Origin: Basidiobolus meristosporus CBS 931.73
Lineage: Eukaryota; Fungi; Basidiobolomycota
Length of the DNA stretch: 64,000 nucleotides
Direction: 5' to 3'
NCBI GenBank assembly: GCA_002104905.1
Contig: MCFE01000324.1
Coordinates: forward strand, 30,910 to 94,909
Shown here: positions 14,601 to 26,577 of the stretch, one piece after another
How positions within the stretch are numbered: position 1 is the first letter of the stretch
Layout: each line of letters opens with the position of its first letter
The notes under the pieces: model-generated
Told to the model about the DNA's origin: nothing
Seen by the model: only the letters and a program-made list of their open reading frames with translations
Databases searched by the model: none
Program-made: the position numbers and the translations under genes

Positions 14601-16128
14601 ATCCCAGAGTTAAAGGCAGAAATGAAGAAGAAGAATATTAGCGGGACTGTACCTGATAGGGATTAGATTGTTAAAAAGGATTAAAAACGTGAGGATATTC
14701 ATTCCGAACTCTGCCCATTTGTCAGTGGTATTTAGATATAAATAGTCCGTAGTGTCCGAGTAATATATCTATAAAACACTTATACTGTTAGGGCCTGCTC
14801 TTGATGGAAAGCACCACGAATACCATAGCTTACACGGCGAATCAGCGATCCAAGAGAACAAGCAACACTCAAGACAATGAGTATTCCGAACAGAAAGAGG
14901 ATTTGTTGGTTGGTCATTTTCTCCACACTGGTTCTTTTGATTGGAGTAGCACTGTTCAGGGAATATACATCAATAAGATCAGCTGTACAAGCACTCGTGC
15001 CAAACCGAGGAATTTACCTGGCGTTCCTCATCAACTTGGACTCATGACCTGTGAATACAACAACACCATAGATCCATTTCGTATTGCGTAGTTGCGCACC
15101 CTATTTGGAACCATTCAGCACCTTGGAGATCATTCATAGTCAAACTATGCCGAGCACTTACCCTCAACAAAACCTGATCAGGGTTGAGAGGAAAGGCTTT
15201 TTCGACCTTGTCTACAATGGTGAATAGAGTGCCATCGAAGGTATATAAGCTACTGTTGGGTAATTCAGATTTGATGTATCCTGGAATCGAATCGGTCACT
15301 TCACCATTTGTAAACTGTGAGTGTCTAAAGTGGAAATTACCTTGCAGCTCGCAAATCTCATCTGGGGAAGTTAGATTGCTGGTAACTTGCAGGCCCTGCT
15401 TGATCTTCAAATTGGTTTCACTGTAGATAGTTGAGGTCAGTAATATGTTGACAATGTGGTGAGGGAAAGCGGTCGTACCCATCGAGATTACTAGTTTCAA
15501 TGTAGCATAATGCCTCTGGCTCACTACTACTCAATAATACTATATCAGCTGGAAAGAACTCCTTATCAGCGATACGGACTATATCTCCAACTACAACATC
15601 CTTCCATCTTCTATCCTCGAAGCTCTTTCCAGCCAAGACCTTGCAGTGACTATTGTTCGCCTCAGCATCCGACTGGTGTCGCTTCTGCATTCGTGAAACC
15701 CTGCCATTAATTCAAGGCAACTTTTGAAGTGAAGCGAATGGAGATACCGAAAACTTACATAGTCCTCGAATATCTCTTTGAAGGAGGTTGCAACTAAAAC
15801 CACAATTAAAGGCACAAGAGTCGAGAATCTTGAGGTTGGTGAGATGTCCTTGATTTGCTGTATTGTGGTGAATGTGAGTGCAACCTTTGATGGAAAACTG
15901 CTTTTCAAAGCAGTAGTAGCAACTACCTACCTGAATGCAGGATATAAACAGGAAGAAAATGTTCGCATACTTTGAGAATTGCTCGTACAAAAACTTGGGC
16001 AAGAAGGATACAAAATTGTATTTTGCCGTAGATATGCTATTGTGAATATATTTGAATTGGCTGTTTCGTAAAGAGGAATTGAGATATACAAGGCGAAAGT
16101 CCGTATTTTGCGAATGTGTTGTGGTCAT
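11653..16128 (-). CDS. DRS2: P4-type ATPase phospholipid flippase (DRS2/ATP8A-like), many exons; 5' end may extend a few hundred bp further
   Basis: [33 protein letters not shown] (phosphorylation site), [34 protein letters not shown]-terminal motif. Confidence 0.93.
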
Positions 16129-17845
16129 TTCTGAAGCGTCACAAAGACCTAAGCGAATAGTGGAATATAAATCACTCCTGCAAACTCGATAGTGCGAAAT
16201 AGAACAGTGAAACACATACCATGCAAACAAGGTAGCTGTAGTCAACGGTCAGAATTTCAACGGAGAGAGAGGGGGTAAAGATAGACCTACTTGAGGAGAG
16301 TGGTGGCTTGTTAATGGGCACTGAAAAGGATCTCGATAGGAGTCGCTAGTTAGCGCTGTGCAACAAACTAGCTAGCAAAGGCTATATGCGCGGATTAATG
16401 AAGTGTATGAAAAGAACAGTCGTGGACAGATGAAACTGATATCGGAGGACCCTCAATAGGATTTGAAGTTCATCCATCGGTGGCTGTGACAATGCCCACC
16501 ACATCACACTCGCCCAGGATTCAGTGGAGGAATGCAATAAAGTAGATTTTGTGATAAATCGTCTTACCAATTAAGGCTACACTAATAGAAGGCTACACTC
16601 AAGGAGAATACGCCAATGAGAACGACTAGAAAGCCAAAACTAGATTCAAATAAGGAACCACCAAAATAGGACATATCAAAATCTCTTTATTCCGGGCGGA
16701 GCGCTTAGCCCAACTGGGAATATGCAACCACGGCGATTCATTGAATACGTAGCGCGTCCTAAGCACAATTCATTTTCGTACATGAACCGTTGCAGCGCAT
16801 ACGCAACGTAGCCCTCAATGCATGGAATGGAATGGAATGGACAACGAGCATCATCATTACAAAGTAGAATGGATGCAACGCCAATGAGTACCAGCATGAC
16901 AAAGTAGAATGGATGCAACGTCAATGAATATCAGCATTACAAATTACGCTCAGCATTATCGCCCAAACAAGCAAATCCATAGGTACATTGAAAATACGAC
17001 ACCAAAAAGGTTCGCCAATGTGCAAACCCGACCATGTGCATTGCTGGTCAATCTAACCTCCTTGAACTTGAATCCAATGAATCCTCGAAATCCCCCCGAT
17101 AATTAACGTAAAGTGGGACCAAATAAGAGAAAACTAGCGGGAAGTAAGACAAAGCATCGAGAAGTGGGACAGGTGAAGTAGGACAGACTATGAATAGATC
17201 ATGATGGTGAGAAGTAGGACACTGAGACACCAAGGGTATTAACTTCAAACCCAAGCTTAACAAATTCACCGCAATCAACGATCATTGGATCACCAAGCCA
17301 GGCAACCCCATGGGCAATACCAATGACATGATCATTAGTGTTATGTGGTCATCCCACCTATCATCAACCACCCTCCTTGCCTGGACCCCAACCAACATCG
17401 GGAATAGCTACGACTTATTCCTGGTACCTCGCTTCTGCGTTGGAAACCATCGAAATTTTTTCGTTCGTAAATATCCTTCCAAAAATATCCACCATATATG
17501 GAGCCCTTGCCTTATTGATGGTGGTGATTGGTAAAAAAACGAACCCGGGTTTTCTCTCATAAAAGGCGCGAATGCGCAGCCTTGGAAAAACTCATACTGC
17601 TTAGTACTTGTCCTTCAAGCCTTACAGTTGTCAGGATTACGATCAGCGCTCGCTCGTAGAGTACATCTCTCTAGGTTTCCCGTAATAGTCTGCTCAGTGA
17701 ATTGCTTTTCTAAAGCGATCTTAATATCTTCGGCTTTTCAACCCTCCCGTTAGTTGAGAAGTTATTTACCTGGTTTCCCTCGTGGTCTGAACTTTTGTTC
17801 CTGCACTTTTCCCGTACCTGGAGAAGTGCTTTTATCATCGCGACC

Positions 17846-17929
17846 ATTCTCGCAAATTTGTCAGTGACAGCAGTTAAGGATTTCCCTGAGCCACCTCCTT
17901 GGTTGCCTTGCTCTCTCGGCCTTGCCTGA
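17846..17929 (+). promoter_or_regulatory. Candidate non-AUG upstream conserved coding region (uCC-type uORF) with a PPW motif in the ODC leader
   Basis: GCGACC-ATT-C near-cognate start, frame ILANLSVTAVKDFPEPPPWLPCSLGLA*, no ATG between ~17575 and the ODC start at 18032. Confidence 0.65.
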
Positions 17930-18031
17930 CATCGTTTAACTCGATTCCACCAGTAGCTCCTTTTCTGCTGATCACTGTTTGTGAAAAGTACCTGACGTTT
18001 GAGCTCTCTTTGATTAACGAAACCCGATAAA

Positions 18032-19399
18032 ATGAAGAATCTTTTGGAAGCCACTCCTTTTGATGAGCTAGCCACCAGCTCTGTTAAATCCCTCATGAAG
18101 ACGAAGCTTTCTGCTGAAGAAAGTTACGAACCTTTGGAATCTGCTTCTATCGACGCCCTCCTCTCCCAGCGCGTGATGGTGGAGGATGGGCCGGAAGAGG
18201 CGTTTTTCGTTGCTGACCTTGGTGAAGTGTATCGCCAATTCGTTCAGTGGCACAATTTACTTCCCTCCGTTGAACCTTTCTATGCGGTCAAGTGCAACCC
18301 TGACCCCATGGTTTTGCGGTTCCTCGCCAGACTCGGCGTCAATTTCGATTGCGCTAGTTTGAAGGAGATGGAGATGGTCTTGAACTTGGGTGTGGATCCC
18401 TCCAGGATCATTTTCGCCAACCCATGCAAGCAGGCCTCCCATCTTCGCTATGCTCGTGACAACGGTGTCCTGATGATGACCTTCGACAATGCTGATGAGC
18501 TGCATAAGATCAAGCGCATCCATCCTGACGCCAAGTTGGTTCTTCGAGTTTTGACCGATGATTCCAAGGCATTGTGCAAATTGGGATTGAAGTTCGGTGC
18601 TTCCTTGGATGTCACCGGCTCCCTGCTCCAAACTGCCAAGGATTTGGACTTGAATGTCATTGGCGTCAGCTTCCATGTTGGTAGTGGTTGCTATGACGCC
18701 GGTGCCTTTGCCGACGCTGTCGGTCGCGCCCGATTTGTCTTCGACCAAGGTGAGGCGCTGGGATTCAGCTTTGACTTCCTCGATATTGGTGGCGGCTTCC
18801 CCAGCCCAATGATTCAAGATGGCCCCACCTTCCCGGAGATCGCCTCCATCTTGCGTACCGCTATGGCTCAACTCTTCCCCCCAGGCTGCGGAGTACGTAT
18901 CGTTGCTGAGCCTGGCCGTTACTTTGTCAGCTCTGCCTTTGTTCTTGCTTGCAACGTCATGGCGCGCCGTATGGTGACCCGCGACTCCAATGCTCAAACC
19001 GTTAACGCCGATGGGGAGATTGTTAACGACTCGGCTCCCACCATGGATGATCACCCCGCCTACATGTATTACATCAATGACGGTGTGTATGGGTCATTCA
19101 ATTGCATTATGTTTGATCATCAGGAGGTCACTCCCTTGATTCTGAAGCGCCGTGGTGTTTACACCTACGGAAGCGAAGTGAATGACATCACTTACGACTA
19201 CTCCATGTGGGGACCCACGTGCGATTCCATCGATTGCATTGTCAAAAGCAGCACTCTCCCCGAGCTGAACATCGGTGACTGGGTGTACTTCGAGAACATG
19301 GGCGCGTACACTATGTGCGCTGCCTCCCAGTTCAATGGTTTCCAGAAGAGTAGCGTTATGTACACCACCACCGAACCATGTGTTTTGGATCTCTTTTAA
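18032..19399 (+). CDS. SPE1: Ornithine decarboxylase, single exon
   Basis: PFYAVKCN (PLP lysine), FHVGS, DIGGGF, AEPGRY, WGPTCDSID, MGAYT. Confidence 0.97.
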   Translation: MKNLLEATPFDELATSSVKSLMKTKLSAEESYEPLESASIDALLSQRVMVEDGPEEAFFVADLGEVYRQFVQWHNLLPSVEPFYAVKCNPDPMVLRFLARLGVNFDCASLKEMEMVLNLGVDPSRIIFANPCKQASHLRYARDNGVLMMTFDNADELHKIKRIHPDAKLVLRVLTDDSKALCKLGLKFGASLDVTGSLLQTAKDLDLNVIGVSFHVGSGCYDAGAFADAVGRARFVFDQGEALGFSFDFLDIGGGFPSPMIQDGPTFPEIASILRTAMAQLFPPGCGVRIVAEPGRYFVSSAFVLACNVMARRMVTRDSNAQTVNADGEIVNDSAPTMDDHPAYMYYINDGVYGSFNCIMFDHQEVTPLILKRRGVYTYGSEVNDITYDYSMWGPTCDSIDCIVKSSTLPELNIGDWVYFENMGAYTMCAASQFNGFQKSSVMYTTTEPCVLDLF

Positions 19400-19654
19400 T
19401 CAATAAACTTCAATAGAACCCAATCTATTCACATCCATTGGTTCCCAACCGAACCTTGCTATGATAATCAATCCCGTTCAAGCGGACACTATTCCTGAAC
19501 ATCTGCATTCATGGCTAACCATCGAGATTTTTCTTCCATCGCACCAAGAATCTCGATTTTTTAGAATCATTCCCATTTATTTGAGTGTCAACGACACCGC
19601 ATCACTCATCAGAATTCTTTGACTCTTGGGAAGTTGCAAGCACCCCTAATCTAT

Positions 19655-21078
19655 ATGACCACTTCCCCCAACGACCAAGCGAACCCAGAAGCTGTGTTGG
19701 TTCAAAAGAAGGCCAAGAAAACCAAAAGAAAGCCCAGAGCTAAGAAAAGCAATAAACGTGTAGAGGGCCCTAAGACCAAGGTTGTCATTCGTCGATTGCC
19801 ACCAAATCTTCCGGAGGAATTGTTTTTCAAATCCATCCAGCCATATATAACCGATGAGAACATCGATTGGAAGCTTTACGTGCCAGGGAAAATCAGCACC
19901 AAGTAATTAAGCCTTTCCTTTCATCAGATCTTGCAACCCGCCGCCTCCACGAACTCCCTTGTTCATAGGGCCACAGCTTGGCAAGCAATTGACCCTGTTC
20001 TGTTGGCTAATCCGCTTCACTTCTCTTTGTAGTAAGAACAAGGAGAATCATTTCTCGAGGGGGTATTTGCATTTCAAAACCATCGATGATGTGATTTTAT
20101 TCCACCGTGGTTACGATGGGCATCTTTTCGTCGATTCTAAGGGTATTACGACATGCTATGATGGATCACGGTACTTTCGAAAGCTAACACGGAACTCATA
20201 TCGTGCTAGGTAACGAGAGTAGAGCCGTAGTAGAATTTGCTCCGTTCCAGAAAATCCCGAAAGAGAACCAGAAACCTGACCCAAGAGAGGGCACGCTCGA
20301 GGAGGGTATGTGTACTCTTTTCTGTTCGTTGAGGGTTGCCTGTTGACCTGATTCCTGTGCTTAGACCCCGACTATCTGGCATTTCTGGAAACCCTGAAGG
20401 AGGAGAAGGAGAATAAAGAGAGCAACGGTATCAGCGATGGCACCACGCAGTTAGAAAAGTTGGAGGCTAGGCTCTCTAAAGAATCAGGTAAAGTTCGCTA
20501 TTCTTGGGCTGCAGTAAAAGAGCTGTATTTTGACAAAGGCTGGCGCTTGCTTAGTTGTTCCACTCAGCACAAACTCGACTCCAAAATCAACCCCTCTGTT
20601 GGATTATCTCCGTGCTCAAAAGGCTGCCTCTAAATCAAAGAAGAAAAACCAGTCTGGCAAGCAAGCACCTGTTATGATTCTTACCAATCGCAAGAAGGGA
20701 GGAGCCGGAGGAAACGGGGGCAATGCCAATGGCACCTCTACCGGTGCCAAGACCGACTCCAAACCGAAAAAGCCCAGTAAAAAAGAGAGAGAGAGACGTC
20801 GCAAAGAACGTGCGAAGGAGAAGGGGGAAGCACCCGAAGCTCTGGCTAAACCTGCCAAGGACGTGCTTCCTCCTAAGCCTCCAAAATCCTCGAGGCCTAG
20901 AAAGGAGCGTGATCCAAATCCCGAGGGAGGGAACAAAGAGAAGCCGCCCAAGAAAAAAGGCAACAAGTCCAACAAACCCCCTAAAGAGGCAGGCAAGGGG
21001 CAGAAACCCAAAGACCTCGACAGTCCAGCACCCAAAATCATGCAAAAGCCAAACTCACAGCCCAAACTGGAGTCTTGA
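19655..21078 (+). CDS. UPF3: Nonsense-mediated decay factor UPF3 (Smg4/UPF3 RRM), multi-exon
   Basis: KVVIRRLPPNL, FSRGYLHF, FVDSKG, AVVEFAPFQKIP, DPREGT...DPDYLAFLE, Lys-rich tail. Confidence 0.88.
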
Positions 21079-21506
21079 ATGACACTGCTTGCTTCTCAAA
21101 TTAAGAAGGTTCAGTTCACTAGAGGAAGCATCATATGTGGCATTGTTGGGAAGGAGTATTCTCAATCGACAATATTCATGTTGATTTTTATATTGGAAAC
21201 TGGACTTCGCCTAACCAAAGAGGACTAGTTCTATGGTGTGTAATAGTAATGAACATGGACCCGACTTTTTTCACCCAAGCGTTGGATGTTGCCACACGAG
21301 TTTTGTCAATAAATCCAACGGAATTCCACTATTTTATCGAGCGTTTGATTTGAGTTTATGTTCCCCCAAACGAAGTCGCCAATCAGATCCACCGATCAAG
21401 TCATAATAAACGTAAACAAGCTTTATCATCCATTCTGGCATTTTGTTATTTACTTTACCCCTCTTTCCTACACACTTACTACCCTCCCACCCAGCCTAGC
21501 ACTATC

Positions 21507-22464
21507 ATGGATATTCCAAAAATTCAGGTGGATTCCAAGGAAGACATCAAATACCTCAAAAATGAATTCTCCCAGGCAAGTGAGAAAGCCTTCAAAGCCA
21601 ACGAAAAGCTATTCGTGAAGGGCAGGAAGAAGAATGTTGATCTGGAGGAACGCGCCCAAGGTTTGGTCAACAAGGTCAGGACAGGAGTTCTAATAGGATT
21701 GTCGTGTTTCTTCAACCTGTTTTTACTTACTTGATACGCGCTTTACGGATTTGTAGTGGATCGAACAGATGTTTAAGTTGGCTGGTAATAGCTTATCAGT
21801 GAATGGCATGGAGTATAAGGACGCGATGACTTCTGCTGAAGGTAGCCTATAACGCATTTCTATCCCTAATTTCTTGCTTGACGCGTTTTTCTACATATTA
21901 GAAATCGAACCTTTCGATGAAGCTCTACATCAAGAGGTGCTCAATCTCCAACTTACTACCGAGGAGCTCACTATGCGCGTGGTTGAGCGCAGAAAGAAGG
22001 TTCCGGAGCAAGTTCAATTTCTTGTTACCGATGCCCTCAAGAAAGGGTCTATGTTTGCAAGCAATATAGAGTGTCTTGATACAGAAGAGCCGGTAGAATG
22101 CACTGCCGAGGAAATTCCCACTCGCGTCAAGAAGTCTTATGAAGATACAGTTAAATTGATGAATGAACTTAAGGAGGTAAACCCAATGTCAATGTTGTAT
22201 TTGTTGCGCTTGCACAATACTGACATACATGTGTCGTTTCAGTCTATTCCAAACACCTTAGCTAAGCTAGAAAGAGCACAAGGGGTGCTTGAGCAAGAGA
22301 GCAAGGCCAAACCTCATGATGATACTCACCAGGTTATCCAAGGAATATTTGCAAAGGAATCGGCTGCGGATGAAGGCTCAACAAGTGGCGCCGCTACTTC
22401 CCTTAAGGCACGCTCGGTTCTTGCGCAAAAGTTGAAGCAGCGGGCCCACCAGAAACCGTACTAG
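21507..22464 (+). CDS. NSL1: Kinetochore MIND-complex subunit Mis14/Nsl1-like, multi-exon
   Basis: MDIPKIQVDSKEDIKYL, LSVNG, EIEPFDEALHQEV...RRKKVP pattern recognised as Mis14/Nsl1. Confidence 0.72.
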
Positions 22465-22810
22465 AGTATATCGCAGATGTTCAATTTGCTTTGGTCTATA
22501 TTTCTTCCACGTTGATCCGTTTTTTTGCTATTCTTTTTCATTTAGAGTAAATGTATCCCACGTCGATACTGTTGTAGAAAGTTCCTTCTCACTCCTATTG
22601 ATAGTTATTGTTTACTCCCAAAATAAAGTGTATATATTTTTATTCTCAGAATTAATCTTTGGGCTGGAATATCTTTGTTTCCGTGCAGGTCAAGCGTGTT
22701 CTAAATGTTCATTGGAAATTACGAAGTATAATTAAGTCGTTACAACTGACTACTTCACTCTAGAGTTCAAAACTGCATCTGATATGAACCGAGCTGCAGT
22801 ACACGGAGCA

Positions 22811-23925
22811 TTATTCGGCTGTCGCTGGAATGGATGAATCAGGTGCAGCGGTAAGTTCTTCACTCTTGTTGGCGTTCTTCTTCTTACGCTTACGAGGCTT
22901 CTTTTTTGGGAGATCCTCTTCAGCAGTTGGTGTGGCTTTTTCGTCCACATCATCTGATGTTTCTAACTTCCGTTTCTATTGTATGAAGATGGATTAGCGT
23001 ATGGCTCTTGTTGGCGCGTTTTAAGGATCCTTACCCCATTCTCATTGACTTGTTTATTCGCGGGCGTATCACTTTTATCAGTCGCAGCTTTATCCTTGGT
23101 ATCCTTCTTCTTTTTGCAAGACAGTGGGTTAGGTGCCTTCGCCTTCTTCTTTTTTGGCTTGGGAGGCTCCTTTGTTTGGGTGGTGGGGTTGGCTTTGTTC
23201 AAGAAAGCCAATTCTTGGGCACTGGGTAACGTCTTGGCCCTTTCAACCTGTGAAATAAGGTTAAACGATGTTCTACGGCAGTTGTACATTTTCTCGAAAA
23301 GGTTCACTTACTTGAGCTACTTTTTCAAGTGTTTTACCTGAGGGTGGCTCTAGAATCATGACACTTCTATTGAGATAAAGCAAAGGGACACCAGGAATCT
23401 GACGAAAGCTGCTTCGTAATTGTGTGTTCTGGGTTGCGATACAATAATTGTGCTGATTGTCCTTTCCAATGATCTCTGACAAGCATTCTGCCGAGGAGAT
23501 CGGCGTCTTGTGTGGACATCTTCTTTTCTCAAAACGTTTCATGGCAATCACAGTGCCCAGAAAATCCTCTCCTTTCTCACGCAGCTCTGCAAGACCACAA
23601 GTGGTATACACTTGACAGAGGCAGGTTAGCTCTAGGATATATGTATGTATGATCACAACATATCGCTTACTTGGTTTGGCTTGGCCAAGGAGCGTCTTAG
23701 GAACCTGCTCCTTAAGATTAATTCTGGAATCCAAAGCAGCCTGACAGAAATCCCCATCCACTATTCAAATAAATATGCAAAGCGAAAGAGTGAGTCAGGC
23801 GAGGCTCCGCGAAAGTGACTCAGTTAGTGGATATTACCTATGACTTGATACGGCTCACGGAAACCGAAGGTATTTTGGTACACTTGCATACATTTTTTGT
23901 ACTGCTTTTGACGTTTAGCCTTCAT
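22811..23925 (-). CDS. UTP23: rRNA-processing protein UTP23 (PIN-like), multi-exon
   Basis: MKAKRQKQYKKCMQVYQNTFGFREPYQVI-DGDF, RRCPH, YCIATQ, GVPLLYL, KAPNPLSCKKKK. Confidence 0.92.
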
Positions 23926-24147
23926 TCTGGATTGATACGCTGGGTTGACCCGCGGAGGGTGAGGTTCATTTCATCTAATAATTCGAAAATTTCAGTGGTC
24001 ACATTTTTTTTCTTTTTCCTTTGAACCCTCGTTTTGAATGTCTATCTGATTGAATGCTCTTTCTGAAACACATCGAAACGCGGTGTTTCAGGTCCAAAGC
24101 TCATTTAAAGCGACGATCCACGCAGGCGGGCCCAAGTGAAAGCGACC

Positions 24148-24645
24148 ATGGCGTTTCTCACTCGGATTGTGGTCTTGTTTTCTCTACTTCTCTTTGCGCA
24201 GGCGCGATTCTCTCAGTTCCACCTCCAAACGGTGAAGCGCCCAATCACGAACCGAGCCCAGCCGATCAATTGTCCCTCCAACCTTCCGCCACAGGGCTTT
24301 CTGAAGGATGCAGGCTGTAGCGCCATTCGCACGTTAGAAAATGGATTGTTCAGCCCATGCTGCGATTTGAAGGAGACGTGCTACTCTCGGTGTGGGGTCA
24401 CCAAGTTCGAGTGCGAGAATCAATTTCGCATGTGTATGCGTGGCTTTTGCCCTCAGATCACCCAGAACCCACCCAAGGACTGCAACACTGTCTGGGGCTT
24501 CCCGACCGGCAGCGGGTTTGCTGACATGAACCTGGACCGCGCCGAAGATTTCTCCTGTGATGCTTTCCTCAATGCGCAGTTAACCGCAAAGTGCCCCGGA
24601 GTCCTGCTGGGCTCACCTGTGGTAACTAACCCATATGTATATTAG
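24148..24645 (+). CDS. Secreted group XII-like phospholipase A2 homolog, predicted catalytically inactive
   Basis: Signal peptide; F.PCC....CY..CG..K..CE..F..CM...C cysteine pattern of PLA2G12; the His-Asp dyad position reads Lys-Glu. Confidence 0.7.
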   Translation: MAFLTRIVVLFSLLLFAQARFSQFHLQTVKRPITNRAQPINCPSNLPPQGFLKDAGCSAIRTLENGLFSPCCDLKETCYSRCGVTKFECENQFRMCMRGFCPQITQNPPKDCNTVWGFPTGSGFADMNLDRAEDFSCDAFLNAQLTAKCPGVLLGSPVVTNPYVY

Positions 24646-24770
24646 AGCATCCAAAATGCAATAAATTCATGGCAAGTTTATTTGATAAAAGTTGAATAGC
24701 ATTGATGAATTAGATTAGAATACATTAGGCGGTGGCATATATATAATTACAAGGTCAATTGGTGGGGAGA

Positions 24771-25160
24771 TTATCTTCGTTGACGTTTCTCAGGACCTGT
24801 GGAGGGGCCCGGCTCGCCATACCGCTTGTTGTTCTCATTGAGCTGATCTAGCGGATTTCTGCCTGTTGGTCTCTTGCTACGGATTTCTGGATATCTTTGG
24901 CTGGGATCTTCGGGCTCTTCATCGGAGTCGCCATGGATAATCGACTCCAGAAGACGAATTCTCCTTGCCTTGAAAGCTTCGGTATCTACATCATGTTCTA
25001 GAGGGGTGGTGACAGCAGGCACCTCAAAGGTGAAGTCGTAGTCGAAAAGAGGGATCTCATGAAATTTATCTAGCTGGTGACCTGGGAGATTCACCGGTGC
25101 ACTGTCGATGCTACGATGTAGCGACAATAGAGTGAGCAGGAGACTCAAGGGCAAACGCAT
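24771..25160 (-). CDS. Small secreted protein of unknown function with several dibasic sites
   Basis: 129-aa ORF, ATG start, hydrophobic signal peptide, TATA-like TATATA upstream (~25205). Confidence 0.6.
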   Translation of the reverse strand: MRLPLSLLLTLLSLHRSIDSAPVNLPGHQLDKFHEIPLFDYDFTFEVPAVTTPLEHDVDTEAFKARRIRLLESIIHGDSDEEPEDPSQRYPEIRSKRPTGRNPLDQLNENNKRYGEPGPSTGPEKRQRR

Positions 25161-25586
25161 GATTAAGGTGGATAGTACGGTAGGCTGTTGATGACAGGCA
25201 GCGGTATATATAATTACAAAATAGGGATCATCTGAGGTCTTGGCAAGCCCTTACACACCAAACCACGTTTAGATCCTCTGAATGGTTCAAATGTTCTGCG
25301 GAATCTTGAAATTATTCTAGAACCTTACTTGGCTAGACACTCCTGAATTATCACATGGTATTTGATGAGCTAGGGTTAGGGTTGGGGATGCGTGGATGCG
25401 GGAATGCCTCCGATGATGAATTGGTGCAAACAGAATGTTCCAATCGTTTTCGCAAGAGTTAATCGGAGGTTTTCTGTTGATGTTGCTACAATGTTGGCTT
25501 CTGAGTCATAAATAATGGCGAGGCGGGTGGATTTTCGAGGCTCCCGCACAACCCCCTTAACCCTTTAACCTAACCGCCTAACCTTC

Positions 25587-26577
25587 ATGTACTTGGCGCT
25601 TTTTATATTGCTGGCCACTGCCCATGCCAACACCGAAATCGCCCAATTGATTACCGAGCGTCTGTCGATGCCACGTAGCGACGACTTTCATATCACCAAT
25701 ATGGTAAACTCCCACCACTCTCTGTCCGATGAGGGGACATTAACGCTTCAAGCCAATCGGCTTGAAGGCATCCTACGGACTGAAGTGAATGGCTTTGCAA
25801 TCACACTGGAATATGACGTGAAACTTGATGCCTTGACTCCTGGCTTCTTGCCAGGCCTCTTCGGCGGCAATGATGAGTGTGGGCCCTTGGGCTACGGAAA
25901 AGACTGCTTCATCATCAGGTAAATCCATTCGTCCAGTTTCTCCCCAACTTGGGGTTGGCTGATCATCCTGTTGCTTTAGTCCCAGGTTTCTGCAGAATGG
26001 TGTTGGCGAGGTTTTTGCAGGCATTCCAGATAAGCCACAGCTACCAAGCCTATGCTCCGCTGGCGAAGAAGCCGTCTCCGTACCACCGAAACTTGGGGAG
26101 ATTGTTTCCATTTGTCGGGATACTGGAGTCTCGCTTTATCGTGGCACCTATCAGCTACAAACAGATCGTTGGCATCACTTTAAGCTCTCCGTCCAGTTAA
26201 ACACAATCGGAGAGCCAGATGGAATATTATTATTAGATGTAGATCAAATCAACGTAATTTATACTCGCAATCTATTGTACAGAGAAAGTCCCGATTTGAT
26301 CCTTGATGGGATCTCCTTCAACTTGACCACTTCTGGAGCTGGTATGCAGTTCAGAAATATCCACATCGATTATGAGATAAAGGAGCCCTTCAATTCTACG
26401 TTTGCTCCGTACTCGGACGTCCCAGTGGAGAGTTGCAACGAGGACGAGTACAGATGCGAGGTGGAGGGTGGCCCGTTCTTCTTTCAATGCGTTGACGAAA
26501 CCTTCATTAAAAGGACCTGCGGGAGAGGCACTCAGTGCCATCAAATCGACTCCGAGATAGAATGTGTATTCCCTTAG
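25587..26577 (+). CDS. Secreted polysaccharide lyase family 14-like protein with a C-terminal CBM19-like chitin-binding module; one intron (25919-25979)
   Basis: Signal peptide; LPGLFGG; WHHFKLSVQLNTIGEPDG...LLYRE (PL14-like); C-terminal CNEDEYRC...FFQC...TCGRGTQC...C. Confidence 0.65.

Noticed and set aside
16850-16940. 40-bp tandem duplication in the DRS2-ODC intergenic region as a coding or regulatory element
   Set aside because: Only two copies, no convincing ORF or motif; probably slippage.
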